64,000 nucleotides of DNA from Gemmatales bacterium (GTDB taxonomy: Bacteria > Planctomycetota > Planctomycetia > Gemmatales > HRBIN36): contig JBEPZY010000001.1 of NCBI GenBank assembly GCA_041640595.1, positions 896,001 to 960,000 on the forward strand, given 5' to 3'. Of the stretch, positions 12,192-22,254 are shown piece by piece. The notes under the pieces are model-generated. The model did no database searches, was not told the DNA's origin, and saw only the letters and a program-made list of their open reading frames with translations. Both the position numbers and the translations under genes were made by a program. The stretch's first letter is position 1, and each line of letters opens with the position of its first letter.

Positions 12192-12422
12192 TTACGAACT
12201 CGGCGCAGCCGGGGCACGTTCGCTGGCCTGGAATCCGCTGGTACGATGGGAACCGTCGCAGAACGGCTTGTTTTGGGAATGTCCACAGCGACACAAGGCG
12301 ATGGCGGGTTTGCCAGAAGGAAGCGGGAATGGCTTTCCTTCCGCGTCGAGCACCTGCACCGGGCCTTCGACGACATAAGGTCCGTTATCGCGCACACGGA
12401 TAGTTACCACCGCATCAGCCAT
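12192..12422 (-). CDS. CDGSH iron-sulfur domain protein
   Basis: DNGPY..G and ALCRCGHSQNKPFCDGSH motifs. True start is MADAVV with a GGAG SD. Confidence 0.93.
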   Translation of the reverse strand: MADAVVTIRVRDNGPYVVEGPVQVLDAEGKPFPLPSGKPAIALCRCGHSQNKPFCDGSHRTSGFQASERAPAAPSS

Positions 12423-12732
12423 GACTCTACCTCCATTAGCTGAAGTGCATCTCCCTCGTATCAGCGTGATGCCAGAGCGCTGAATTCGTTTCGTTTCCCC
12501 CCACAATCGTTCGATTTTGCTCCAGATGATGCGCGTTCCGACTCCGATAATTTTTCCATTAGTCGCATCGTGTCCGAAACCTGTTACGCGAGTCGAAATT
12601 GATCTCCTTCGTTCCGCCAGCGTTCCGATGCTACACAATGGTCGGCAGCGGAACAATAGTTGGGGCGACCGGATAGTTGCACTCCGGTAGTCTTTTATTA
12701 TGCAGGGGGCAGGCGAACTCACAAAGGCAGGT

Positions 12733-13497
12733 TCAGAATTTTTGCGAGGCAAACTCTTCTTTTGGATCGTGTGGCACAAAGAGCCACGATATTTGCTGGG
12801 CCAGGTAAACGACGAACGCTCGTCGAAAGCGTTCCGGGGGCAAGTCGGGGTCAACGGATGCCGGCCCGCTGCCGCGAGGAAACTCCACGTGCAAATGTTC
12901 CTTGATCACCAAATCGCTCAGGACATCCTCAGCATCGGGCATGCGCGCCGGTGCTACTGTGACTGTTACGTCTGCCCGAGCCCGGTACAGCGTTCGATTG
13001 GAGCCATTCTCATAGAGCGAAGGATTGTTGAGCTCGACGAAAATGACCAAGTCGGCGCGCAATTGTCGGGCCATTTCGGAAGGTTCGAGGGCCTGCCACT
13101 GGTCGTTGCGATCTTGCCAGCGATGCACCACGCTGGGTGCCAGCACAACCAGGCGTTCCTTCTCCTGTTCGAACCCCTTAGCCAGAGCCTTGGACAGAGC
13201 ATCATCCAGTTCGCGGGCTAAAGGGCCCAGGTGAATTTGCGTCCCTACGTCCGTGTAAGTTACCACTGCGACGCGAAGAGGCTCCTTGCGTGGCTTGTTC
13301 AACTTTTCCCGATAACTGAGCAGATCAACTGGCGGCGGTGGACGCATGTCTTTGCCGAGCATGACTGCCGTGAAGTATATCAACGTCGGCAAGGTACAAC
13401 CGCTCATGACTGTCGAAAAAATGGCCACGCATACAATGCCAGATACACAAACGCGAACCCGACTTTTCCACCCGCCAGTGCCCATTCGCCCCATCAT
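12733..13497 (-). CDS. Planctomycete hypothetical lipoprotein
   Basis: Hydrophobic signal with MSGC lipobox. Alpha/beta body (ARQLRADLVIFVEL) resembles CsgG/TolB-N-type folds. Start is uncertain. Confidence 0.7.
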   Translation of the reverse strand: MMGRMGTGGWKSRVRVCVSGIVCVAIFSTVMSGCTLPTLIYFTAVMLGKDMRPPPPVDLLSYREKLNKPRKEPLRVAVVTYTDVGTQIHLGPLARELDDALSKALAKGFEQEKERLVVLAPSVVHRWQDRNDQWQALEPSEMARQLRADLVIFVELNNPSLYENGSNRTLYRARADVTVTVAPARMPDAEDVLSDLVIKEHLHVEFPRGSGPASVDPDLPPERFRRAFVVYLAQQISWLFVPHDPKEEFASQKF

Positions 13498-13619
13498 ACC
13501 CCGTTCCTCGCTTCCATGCCCCAATCCCCAAGGCTTCTCTTTTCCCCGCTTCGTTCACCCGGACGAAAAATATCGCGGTATTTCAGGCCGTCGGCGCGAT
13601 GGTTCGGCGGTGCCCACTG

Positions 13620-14387
13620 TTACCAGGATCCATTGCGGAGGTAAAGCAAGGCACGAATCAGCCAGCACCCCAAGACGAGCCAGAGCATAGTCCAGGCGGC
13701 CAGAGAACTGAGCCAGTGCCAGTCAGGAAGTCCTAGCGTTCGGCCGCTTATCCCCGCGACCGCGAACCAGACTGCCATGGTGACGGCTAGCAATACCATC
13801 ACCGGGCCGGCCGGGTTGACAGCCAGAGCAGCTCGCCAGTCTCCATGCATGAGCAGGCTGAAGCTCGTGGTCAACCCGCAGCTCGGACATGGCCAGCCGG
13901 TCAATCGCTGAAAGCTGCACGGTGGCAATCCTAACTGCTGATGCGTCCCCCAGCGGCGCGGCTGACCATTCTCGTCATAAGGATTCAGGCTGCGGGCTAT
14001 TCCCAGCACGGTACCAATCAGCAGAGCGATAAGTATCAGGCTGATACGTTGCCACCAGGCCAGTTTTTGCTCAGCCTCGACAGGAATCACTACCGGCATG
14101 ACTTCTGCCGAATCGGTGCTTGCTGTAGCTGGGAGCTCGGGTCGGCCTTCGTTTTGTGGTGTCGGTGCGCTGCCAGTAGCTTCCAGGCGTCCGGGGAGCG
14201 CTGCCATTTCGCTGCGAGCCTTATCTACTTCATCACCTGCCTGGTGTGATTCCGCTGCCGGCACACTATCCGTTGCCAGTGGCCGTGCCGGGGCAGCAGG
14301 GATAGCCGTTTCGGCGGCCCGATGGCAATCGGCAAGCTCATCGGGATGGTGCCCTGCCACAGTCTTCGTGTTTGGGTCGCGCACCAT
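13620..14387 (-). CDS. DUF2752 family membrane protein with disordered N-terminal extension
   Basis: HQQLGLPPCSF..LTGWPCPSCGLTTSF..L.HG motif flanked by TM helices. Start is uncertain. Confidence 0.8.
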   Translation of the reverse strand: MVRDPNTKTVAGHHPDELADCHRAAETAIPAAPARPLATDSVPAAESHQAGDEVDKARSEMAALPGRLEATGSAPTPQNEGRPELPATASTDSAEVMPVVIPVEAEQKLAWWQRISLILIALLIGTVLGIARSLNPYDENGQPRRWGTHQQLGLPPCSFQRLTGWPCPSCGLTTSFSLLMHGDWRAALAVNPAGPVMVLLAVTMAVWFAVAGISGRTLGLPDWHWLSSLAAWTMLWLVLGCWLIRALLYLRNGSW

Positions 14388-14538
14388 AACGTCCTCGCCA
14401 AGCCACGACAAGACCAGATCGTATGCAGGACGCGAGATTCTTCCAGAATGGCGCCACGTAGCCGTGGCCAGAAACTATGCCAAAACAATCAGCGGCATGC
14501 ACAGGCTGGACGTCGGAATTCAGCACCCTTGGAGCTGC

Positions 14539-17500
14539 CTATGGGCGGAACCGCCGGGTGAATTCCTCGTAAGCGTCGCGCAGCTCAGGAGGTAGAACCG
14601 GCCGGTCACTCGCATCCACGTCAGCGGATTGCCCTTCACGAGTAGCAGCGCGATTCGGACCTATTGCTCGCCGTCTCCCCTGAGACAGTTCCGCCTGCAC
14701 GACCTGGGGCTTATCGCGAAGCAGGCGCTGGAGTTCTTCGGGCGTTTTAACACCCAGGCGCTGCATTAGCTCACGGGTTGGCTTGTCAATTTCGCCTCGC
14801 TCCATTTTCTTCCGCAAACTGTCCAAAGTCAGGTCGCCCGGAGCTTCTGAGAATTCAGGGTTCGGCTTCATAGGTTTCGTGGCCAGCGGGCTGTCCTGCG
14901 CTGGGCCTTGCCGATCTACACCGGAAGTGTTCCCACCGCTGGTCGGCCCTGCCTGGCTCCCCGGCTTGTCTAGCGGCTGCTGAGAGCTGGCATTTCCGCT
15001 GTTACTACCACCTCCCTGGCCGGGCTCGGAACCCTGCCCTGAATCAGGCTTTCCGCCCGACTGCCCACCAGCATTCGCCTGCCCGGATTGACCGCTGCCG
15101 GCTTGTTGACCGCCGGCTTGCTGATTACCCCCACTTTGATTGCCATTTTGCGGCGATTCCCCTGGCTTTTGGCCTGCACTCGCCTCACCAGGCTGGCCCT
15201 GACCAGGTTTTTGTTGCCCACCTGCCTGCTGGTTACCGCCGCTCTGATTGCTCCCGGCCTGTCCAGGTTGACCGGACTGACCCTGACCGGGCTGCTGTTG
15301 GTTACCTGCCTGGCCACTCGAATTGGACTGGCTAGCACCGCTCGAACCACTAGGTTTTTGACCCGATCCCGACTGCCCAGCCTGGGCAGAGTTGCAACCG
15401 TCTCACCCACCTCCAGGTTTCTGCGGGCCACCTGCCTGCGGCGTGTTATTGCCCTGTGGGCGATTCGCCTGCTGTCCGGCGTTCGGCTGGCCCGGTTGGT
15501 TCCCCTGCGGCTTTTGCGGACCGCCTGCCTGGGCATCACCCTGCCCCTGCTCGCCGCCCATCGGCTTATTCGCCTGCTGTCCGGCGTTCGGCTGGCCGGG
15601 CTGATTCCCCTGCGGCTTTTGCGGACCGCCTGCCTGGGCATCACCCTGCCCCTGCTCGCCGCCCATCGGCTTATTCGCCTGCTGTCCCGCATTCGGCTGG
15701 CCGGGCTGGTTCCCCTGCGGCTTTTGCGGACCGCCGGCCTGGGCATCGCCTTGCCCCTGCTCGCCGCCCATCGGCTTATTCGCCTGCTGCCCCGCGTTCG
15801 GTTGGCCCGGTTGGTTCCCCTGCGGCTTTTGCGGACCGCTGGCCTGGGCGCCACCCTGCCCCTGCTCGCCGCCCATCGGCTTATTCGCCTGCTGTCCGGC
15901 GTTCGGTTGGCCGGGCTGGTTCCCCTGCGGCTTTTGCGGACCGCCTGCCTGAGCACCACCCTGCCCCTGTTCGCCGCCCATCGGCTTATTCGCCTGCTGT
16001 CCGGCGTTCGGCTGGCCGGGCTGATTCTGGGCAGGCTTTTGCTGTGCGTTTACATCGCTTCCACCGCCCTGGTTGGTCGTTTGCGGCTTATCTTCGGGCT
16101 TCCCGGCCGCTGAACCGCCAGCTTGATTTCCAGGCCCCGGCTTCTGGGGTTTATCAGAGGACTGCGAACCCGAGACCGTGCCAGGTTCGCTTTTATCAGG
16201 CGAACGGGAGTTTTGACCTGAACCGCGTTGCTCCGGATTACCGGAACCGCTTTTGTCGGGGGATGGCTTTTCCTCGCCGGAGCCGCTCGGCTTAGCCGCG
16301 TTGTCTTCCGGCTTGGAAGCTGGCTTATCTGCGGTCTCAGGCTTATTGTCCGGGCTGGGTTTCTGCTCATTCGCTCCGCGTTCTTGGGCACCTGGCTTGT
16401 CTGGTTTTCCGGGATTCGGTTTTTCCGGCTCAGACGGCGGGCGTTGCGGTTCGGTCAATTCCAGCAACACCTCCCGCGACTTCCCCGTATTCGGCTCCGG
16501 TCGTTTACAGTCCGTACCCTCTACCCACAGAAGCAGCTTCGTTCCCGCAGCCAATCGCACGGGCTCAGCCGGTCCAGGAGACTTCTGACTATCGCTGACG
16601 ACCACCGCCCGAGTCAGGTCAAGAGTAAGTTGGTACGCTGCTGGCACAATAGGCGTAAACCCATTGGGCTTCTGCAACGGGCCTATTTCCGCAGCCTCAT
16701 GAGCGATGCGAAGAAGCCGTTTTTGACCTTCTACCTCTTGCAACACCAACCAGACGAGGTCGGCCGCAAAATCATCGTTCGCCGTACCTATCACGGCCAC
16801 GGTAGCATCTACCGGGAGTTTGACCACCGGCCGGCCAGATTCGTTTGCGTTGGCCGGAGGCAGTTTTTCCTGGCCGACCTGATCCAGCGTAATCACTGGC
16901 CGCTGGTCCTCAATGACGCGGATGTTGAACCATTGCAACGTGCTGTACTGGTTCGACTTGTTCTTGAGCACCACACTGTAACGCTGCCACCCTTGTTTCA
17001 GAGTCAGCCGGTCGGGCAAAAATACCCGATTGGGCTGGTGATTGGGGTCGCTGTCGGGTTTTTGCACCAACTGGAAAACTTCCTGCCGGGGTGGCTGACC
17101 AGATTCCACCGTCAATTCGCCACTAACAATCGGCTGGTCGGCGAACACGGCTATTTCCACCTGGCTTCCGACCAGCGCCTCGATTTCGCCCACGGTTTGC
17201 GTCTTGGCCTCCCGCCGCGTGTACTCAGGGTAGTGAATTGTGATCTCAAACTGCCGCAGCTCCGGAGGATTGGTCAACCGCTCGACCAGGCGATACACTC
17301 GCGATTGCCCATCTCCGCCTGTTACGCGGAAAAACAATCCGCTGGCAGGAACACTACTGGCTCCCAGCTCCAGCTGCCATTCGGTGCGATACTGGTCAAT
17401 CGCCGTCATGGAGCGGCGAACGGGTTGTTCTCCGGGTTGCGTCCAGGTTTCGAGCCAGGCCTCGGGGGGCACCAGACCGTGTACTTTGACGCGAACCGTG

Positions 17501-18216
17501 ACCGGCTGACCACGCCGCACGGGAATTTCCAGAACTTCCTGTTTGTGCGGTTCAACATAAGGCCCGTCTTTCTCCGGCGCCAAGAGCTCAAACCGCGTAT
17601 CTGGCGGGATGGCCGTATCAGTAAACGGCACCAATGCTCTGGCCACCAGCGACAAAAATTGCTCCGGCACGAACAATGCGAACACGCCCATCACAATGAG
17701 CAGAGTCACCAGAACAAAGAACCAGCGCAAACATTGACCCGGCTGTGCAGCTGCCTCCGGATCGGTGTAACGGAAATCCTCCTGGGCTTCTCGCCGCAAC
17801 GCCTCCTTCACTAGATTCGGGATCGGCCGTTCGCGCAAGTCCAGATAAGCTGTTAGCGCATGGCGTGTAACTTGCGCCGATTTCTCCAGACGCCAGGCAG
17901 CATAGAGCAAGCTCACTTTCCGGCCCAGCGGCACAATGAGACGAAACCAGGCAAAAATCCCGCAGCCCACCAAAAACCCCGCGAACAACACCTTCCGTAG
18001 CCAGCCCGGCAACCCCTCTGGTCGCAACGCCTGGTCCGCCAGTGCCACCACCAACACGTAAACTGCGCAGGCCACCGCCAGAATGAAAACCGCGGTCGTG
18101 ATCTCCGTCCAGCGAATGCGCTCTGCGGTGCGTTGCAACTCGCGTAGCAACCGCTCATCTCGGGGTCGGCCAGCAGATGGTTGCTGCCTTTTCGTCAGCC
18201 CCGCGACTGTGCTCAT
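14539..18216 (-). CDS. Large membrane-anchored protein (N-terminal TMs, Ig-like modules, Gly/Gln/Pro linker, helical C-terminus) with one in-frame TGA at 15405-15403
   Basis: GAGGAG SD before the ATG at 18216. ORF-track ORFs 15403..18282 and 14539..14871 share a frame, and I found no other stop between them. The same G/Q/P/S composition continues past the TGA. C-terminus is PPELRDAYEEFTRR. Confidence 0.8.
15373..15389 (-). promoter_or_regulatory. Candidate bacterial SECIS hairpin
   Basis: mRNA CUGCCCA-GGC-UGGGCAG begins 13 nt 3' of the in-frame UGA and has G in the apical loop. Confidence 0.45.
15462..16023 (-). repeat. Coding tandem repeat: 105 nt / 35 aa unit, 5 full copies plus a partial
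   Basis: Near-identical copies of QPGQPNAGQQANKPMGGEQGQG(G/D)AQAGGPQKPQGN. The DNA motif recurs at 15464, 15569, 15674, 15779, 15884 and 15989. Confidence 0.97.
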
Positions 18217-18426
18217 GGCTAGTCTCCTCGGTGGCCTCGCCCGGGCCGGTCCTGCAACAAAATGGTTCTCCCGTTCACCCAACGAACCGCTCTATCGCAG
18301 ATGGAATTCCCCTCCCTCTACTGTTCAATTGTAGCAGAAACGGTCGCGGAAAGGTAGCCTTTTCCACACGCATATCCGACGACGTTCCACCAGTCATTGA
18401 GAAAGTCTTGGCTCGGAAGTTTTCGT

Positions 18427-20604
18427 TTATCGGAGCAATGCAGCGACCAGTCGCTCCAGATTGGCCGATTCCCGAACCAACTCAACACCACTGGCCAGCT
18501 TCAGCCGTTGTAACCGACTCTCCGCCGCCGGGTGGAATAAAACTGTACGGCCCTCGGTGCACAGGGGCACAAATCCGAATAGCCCCCCGTACTTCATCCC
18601 CCCAGGCAGCAACATTTCGTCCTGAACAGACTTCACCAGGTGAAAGTCGAAACCGGCTAAATCAATGGCGCTGCGGGCTACGGCACCATCGGCCAGGCAG
18701 CGAGCCAGTAACGCACACGGGCCCAGCTTGCTGTAAGCGACCAGCCACACTCCCTGTCCATCTTTCTTGAGCTGATGCGCTGCTGCCAGCAGAGTCAGCA
18801 CATCTTGAACACGGCAAGCGAACACGCTCGGATTATAGCCGAAATAATAACCGGCGTAGGTCGGGTTCACGGTCGGCAGTGGGGTAGGTTTGTCGGGCAA
18901 ATGGTACTCACCCGTCAAAAACACGTCCGCACTAATCACAAGCACCCCCGCGTTCAGCAGCTTCTGCACCTCCGGTACGGGCTTGCCTTGCTCATCGAGC
19001 AAACTGGCCTTGCCGTCAGGGTGAATCCAGACGCAAACAGTACCGTTCCAGTTTTTCGGTTCCAAACCCAGTGCGGGCAGCTGTACATCCGGCCGCGCAG
19101 TGCGTGCTATCAGGCCTTTGTGCAGCGTGAAATCCTTTTCTTCATGCTTTTGTAAAGTGCCCTCCACGATCTCAACAACCGATCGGCCCGGTTCATCAGC
19201 GGCGGGGATCGGCCAGCGGTCTTGAACCATGACACGCAGAGCCGTTCCGACTACCTCGCGATAGCGCTTGACATCCTTGCTCAACGCCTCCATCTGCTGG
19301 TCCGAAGTCTCGCTCAAATAGCGACGCAGCGCCGCCGCATCTTTGGCGTTCGATGGTCGTGGATGTTGTTCGTCGAACACGCTAAGCTGCTTAGGCGGGA
19401 TCGGTTGGAATGGCCTTTCGCTGATCGGTTCCGGGAAACCCAGCTGCAAATGGCGATTGAACCAGTGGTACATCATCTCCCGGCTGACCTGATTGTAATT
19501 GTGCGGAAACGGGAAATACTTAGCCAGGACGCGATCCTCAGCCCCGTAAAGCCCGTAGATGCGCCGCAGTTCGGGCAACCCCACCTGCTCAATGTCTTTC
19601 GTCCAATCGTTGGCACCAGTCATGGCCAGCGGTTTGGGGGCAAACAAAGCCGCGACTTCCACGTTGTTAGTACCGATACGCAGCAGCGAAGCGTTTTCGC
19701 ATTCGCAACCGCCCTGCATGTTCATGGATACCATCACTGCCGGGAATGCGACCTGCACCCGGTCATCCACTGCCGACAGAATGAATGTCTGCGTTCCGCC
19801 GCCGCTGGCTCCGGTTACTCCGATGCGTTGGGTGTCCACTTCCGGTGCCAGACTGAACAGAAAATCCAGAGCGCGAATACTGTTCCAGGTTTGCAAACCC
19901 ATTAAACTTTGCAAGCGCAATTGTGTCTCCACCTCCGCCCCTTGCGCAAAGCCGCCCCGATGAGCGATACCCTGAGAATCAGCGTAACCGACCATGTCAT
20001 AATGAAAAACCACACACCCCATCCGTGCCAGCATGGCACAGCGTGCCTGCAACGGATACCGTGCCCCGTTTTCCGTTTTTTCTGCACCACTGGCCAGTTG
20101 CTGTTTAACTTCCGCGTCGCTGGCCTCGTAAAACCGACCATTTCTCCAGTGTCCGTGAGGACAAAGCACGCCGGCAAATCGCTGTCGCACGTTGGGCTTC
20201 GGTTTGGGCCGATACAGGTTCCCGGTTACATAATGCCCTGGCAAACTCTCAAAATATACCTTCCAGACCGTGTATTCGTCGCGGTCAATGGGGCTATGGA
20301 CGACGGCGTTTAACGGCGTTCGTTCCGGCATGGGCCACAATCCCAGCGCCACCAGAATCTGCTCGCGCAATTCCCGAGCACGGATTTCCCAGGCTTCTCG
20401 CGTCTGGGGTACCTGGATGCGAGTCGTGGTGTTATAATCCCGCGGTTTGCCCAGACGGCTATCTTTCGGCAACGTTTTTCCGTCCAGCACTCGCGTGAGC
20501 GCTTTGCCATTCGGGACCTGCACCTGCTGGGTCTGGCCCGAATCAAGAGCCAACGCCAGGACGGCCGAACACGCAACCGCTGTCAGCAAAGCCTGCCGCG
20601 CCAT
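18427..20604 (-). CDS. Secreted alpha/beta-hydrolase (acetyl xylan esterase-like, duplicated fold)
   Basis: Signal peptide, VLCPHGHW, YDMVGYADS and nucleophile elbow GASGGG. GAGGAG SD before the ATG at 20604. Confidence 0.85.
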   Translation of the reverse strand: MARQALLTAVACSAVLALALDSGQTQQVQVPNGKALTRVLDGKTLPKDSRLGKPRDYNTTTRIQVPQTREAWEIRARELREQILVALGLWPMPERTPLNAVVHSPIDRDEYTVWKVYFESLPGHYVTGNLYRPKPKPNVRQRFAGVLCPHGHWRNGRFYEASDAEVKQQLASGAEKTENGARYPLQARCAMLARMGCVVFHYDMVGYADSQGIAHRGGFAQGAEVETQLRLQSLMGLQTWNSIRALDFLFSLAPEVDTQRIGVTGASGGGTQTFILSAVDDRVQVAFPAVMVSMNMQGGCECENASLLRIGTNNVEVAALFAPKPLAMTGANDWTKDIEQVGLPELRRIYGLYGAEDRVLAKYFPFPHNYNQVSREMMYHWFNRHLQLGFPEPISERPFQPIPPKQLSVFDEQHPRPSNAKDAAALRRYLSETSDQQMEALSKDVKRYREVVGTALRVMVQDRWPIPAADEPGRSVVEIVEGTLQKHEEKDFTLHKGLIARTARPDVQLPALGLEPKNWNGTVCVWIHPDGKASLLDEQGKPVPEVQKLLNAGVLVISADVFLTGEYHLPDKPTPLPTVNPTYAGYYFGYNPSVFACRVQDVLTLLAAAHQLKKDGQGVWLVAYSKLGPCALLARCLADGAVARSAIDLAGFDFHLVKSVQDEMLLPGGMKYGGLFGFVPLCTEGRTVLFHPAAESRLQRLKLASGVELVRESANLERLVAALLR

Positions 20605-20747
20605 AATCGTTCTCCTCTGCATTGGCGACATGTTTGCTTTAGCCACTGCTACCACGCTTCGTCAAGGGACTAAGAGACGTTCGCTCTGCGGTTGCTAACA
20701 TAAACAACCGAGCGCACTGCCGTTTTCTCGGACTAAGGAGGCTTCTC

Positions 20748-21929
20748 ATGCCACGCAAAAAACGAGTAGCCGCAGTGGTTACCGAATACCGGCTCAATTC
20801 GCACGCGGATGTTATTGTCGGCAAGATACTCGAAGGATTCGATCACAAGGGCGGCGGGTTTCCGGATTTGGAATTGGTCTCCATGTATGTGGACCAATTT
20901 CCCGACAACGATATGAGCCGGGCGCTGGCGAAAAAGCATGGGTTTCGGTTGTGCCAGACCATTGACGAGGCCCTGACTTTGGGCGGTAACAAACTGGTGG
21001 TGGATGGCGTGCTCCTGATTGGTGAGCACGGCAAATATCCGTTCAACGAAAAGGGGCAGCACCTGTATCCGCGTCGCCGATTTTTTGAAGGCACGATCGC
21101 TGCATTCGACCGCTGCAAGCAGGTGGTACCAGTCTTCAATGACAAACACCTGTCTGCGACCTGGGAAGACGCACACTGGATGTATGAGCAAGCGCGACGG
21201 CGGATGATCCCGTTCCTGGCAGGGTCATCCTTGCCGCTTACCTGGCGCAAACCCCCGTTGACACTCCCGCGAGGTTGCGAAATCGAAGCGGCAGTAGCTC
21301 TGGGTTACGGCCCGTTTGAATCCTACGGATTCCACGCTTTAGAAACGCTGCAATGCATGGTCGAACGCCGTAAGGGTTTCGAGACCGGCGTGCGTGCGGT
21401 GCAATGCCTGACCGGCGAGGCTATTTGGCAGGCCATGGATCGCGGCGAGTGGTCGCAGGAACTGCTCGAGGCAGGCATCGCACTTATTCCCAGTAAAGGC
21501 AAAGGCGACTACCGCAAAGCCGTGGCGGGTAACGGGCAAGGGGGCGTTTTTCTCATTGATTACCGCGACGGTTTGCGTGCCGCCGTGGCTATGCTCAACG
21601 GCTATGTGTACGAAGGTTTTTCCGGAGCCTTCGCGTTTGCCTGTAAACTCCGTGGCCAGGCTAAACCGCTGGCAACGCATTTCTATCTCGAAAACCGGCG
21701 CCCCTTTGGCCATTTCGCCTATCTGGTGAAAGCCATCGAGAGCATGATCCACACCGGTCATCCGCCTTACCCTGTCGAGCGCACCCTTTTGACCACCGGC
21801 ATTCTCGACGCTGTCATGACCAGTCGGTTTGAGAAAAACAAACGCATCGAAACGCCACACCTCGATATTCGCTACACGCCCACCGATTGGCCTTTTGCTC
21901 CGGAACCGGCTCCTGAGCCGCATGATTGA
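20748..21929 (+). CDS. Conserved hypothetical protein, Gfo/Idh/MocA-like oxidoreductase fold
   Basis: AAGGAGG SD. VDGVLLIGEHG.YP, VFNDKHL, AGSSLP and YGFHALE motifs. Confidence 0.75.
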   Translation: MPRKKRVAAVVTEYRLNSHADVIVGKILEGFDHKGGGFPDLELVSMYVDQFPDNDMSRALAKKHGFRLCQTIDEALTLGGNKLVVDGVLLIGEHGKYPFNEKGQHLYPRRRFFEGTIAAFDRCKQVVPVFNDKHLSATWEDAHWMYEQARRRMIPFLAGSSLPLTWRKPPLTLPRGCEIEAAVALGYGPFESYGFHALETLQCMVERRKGFETGVRAVQCLTGEAIWQAMDRGEWSQELLEAGIALIPSKGKGDYRKAVAGNGQGGVFLIDYRDGLRAAVAMLNGYVYEGFSGAFAFACKLRGQAKPLATHFYLENRRPFGHFAYLVKAIESMIHTGHPPYPVERTLLTTGILDAVMTSRFEKNKRIETPHLDIRYTPTDWPFAPEPAPEPHD

Positions 21930-21999
21930 CACGAAACGCTCGCCGCATGATCCCAGGCAATTCGGCCACAGGCGATAAAATTGCCGGCCGGGCGCTTGG

Positions 22000-22113
22000 T
22001 CTGACAGGACAGTTGCGCATAGGATTCGGAAGAGTCTGACCGGTGCAAGATGGTTGAAGAGGCGGTAGGCATTCTGACAAGACAGTTGCGCATAGGATTC
22101 GGAAGAGCCAGAC
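22000..22113. repeat. Two ~41-nt direct repeats separated by a 32-nt unique spacer (73-nt period)
   Basis: TCTGACAGGACAGTTGCGCATAGGATTCGGAAGAGTCTGAC (22000-22040) and TCTGACAAGACAGTTGCGCATAGGATTCGGAAGAGCCAGAC (22073-22113), differing at 3 positions. Confidence 0.9.
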
Positions 22114-22254
22114 TGCTCGATTTCGGGATATTAACACACAAGTCGGGCCAGTGCTTGCGCCGCCAGCCGCGTGGCCAGGGGCTTGCGATCGAACTCAATG
22201 CTTGAGACTTCGGCACATTCTCGGCAAGATACCGCACAATGTAGCAGGTCAGCG

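Noticed and set aside
12544..12566. Fur-box-like AT-rich element upstream of the CDGSH gene
   Set aside because: Only about 11 of 19 positions match the consensus, which is too weak.
12423..12854. N-terminal extension of the CDGSH ORF in the ORF track
   Set aside because: It overlaps the neighbouring gene and is not protein-like. The SD-supported start is at 12422.
14539..14871. Separate 110-aa gene
   Set aside because: No SD before its ATG, and it is in frame with the upstream giant ORF. It is better explained as that protein's C-terminus.
14970..16295. Repetitive ORFs 14970..15959(-), 15088..16113(+) and 15456..16295(+)
   Set aside because: Alternative-frame readings of the 105-nt tandem array. 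No frameshift is needed because the true frame continues past the TGA.
16228..17814. 528-aa plus-strand ORF and similar long antisense ORFs (e.g. 4491..5474, 8408..9493)
   Set aside because: Shadows of well-supported genes on the opposite strand, common in GC-rich DNA.
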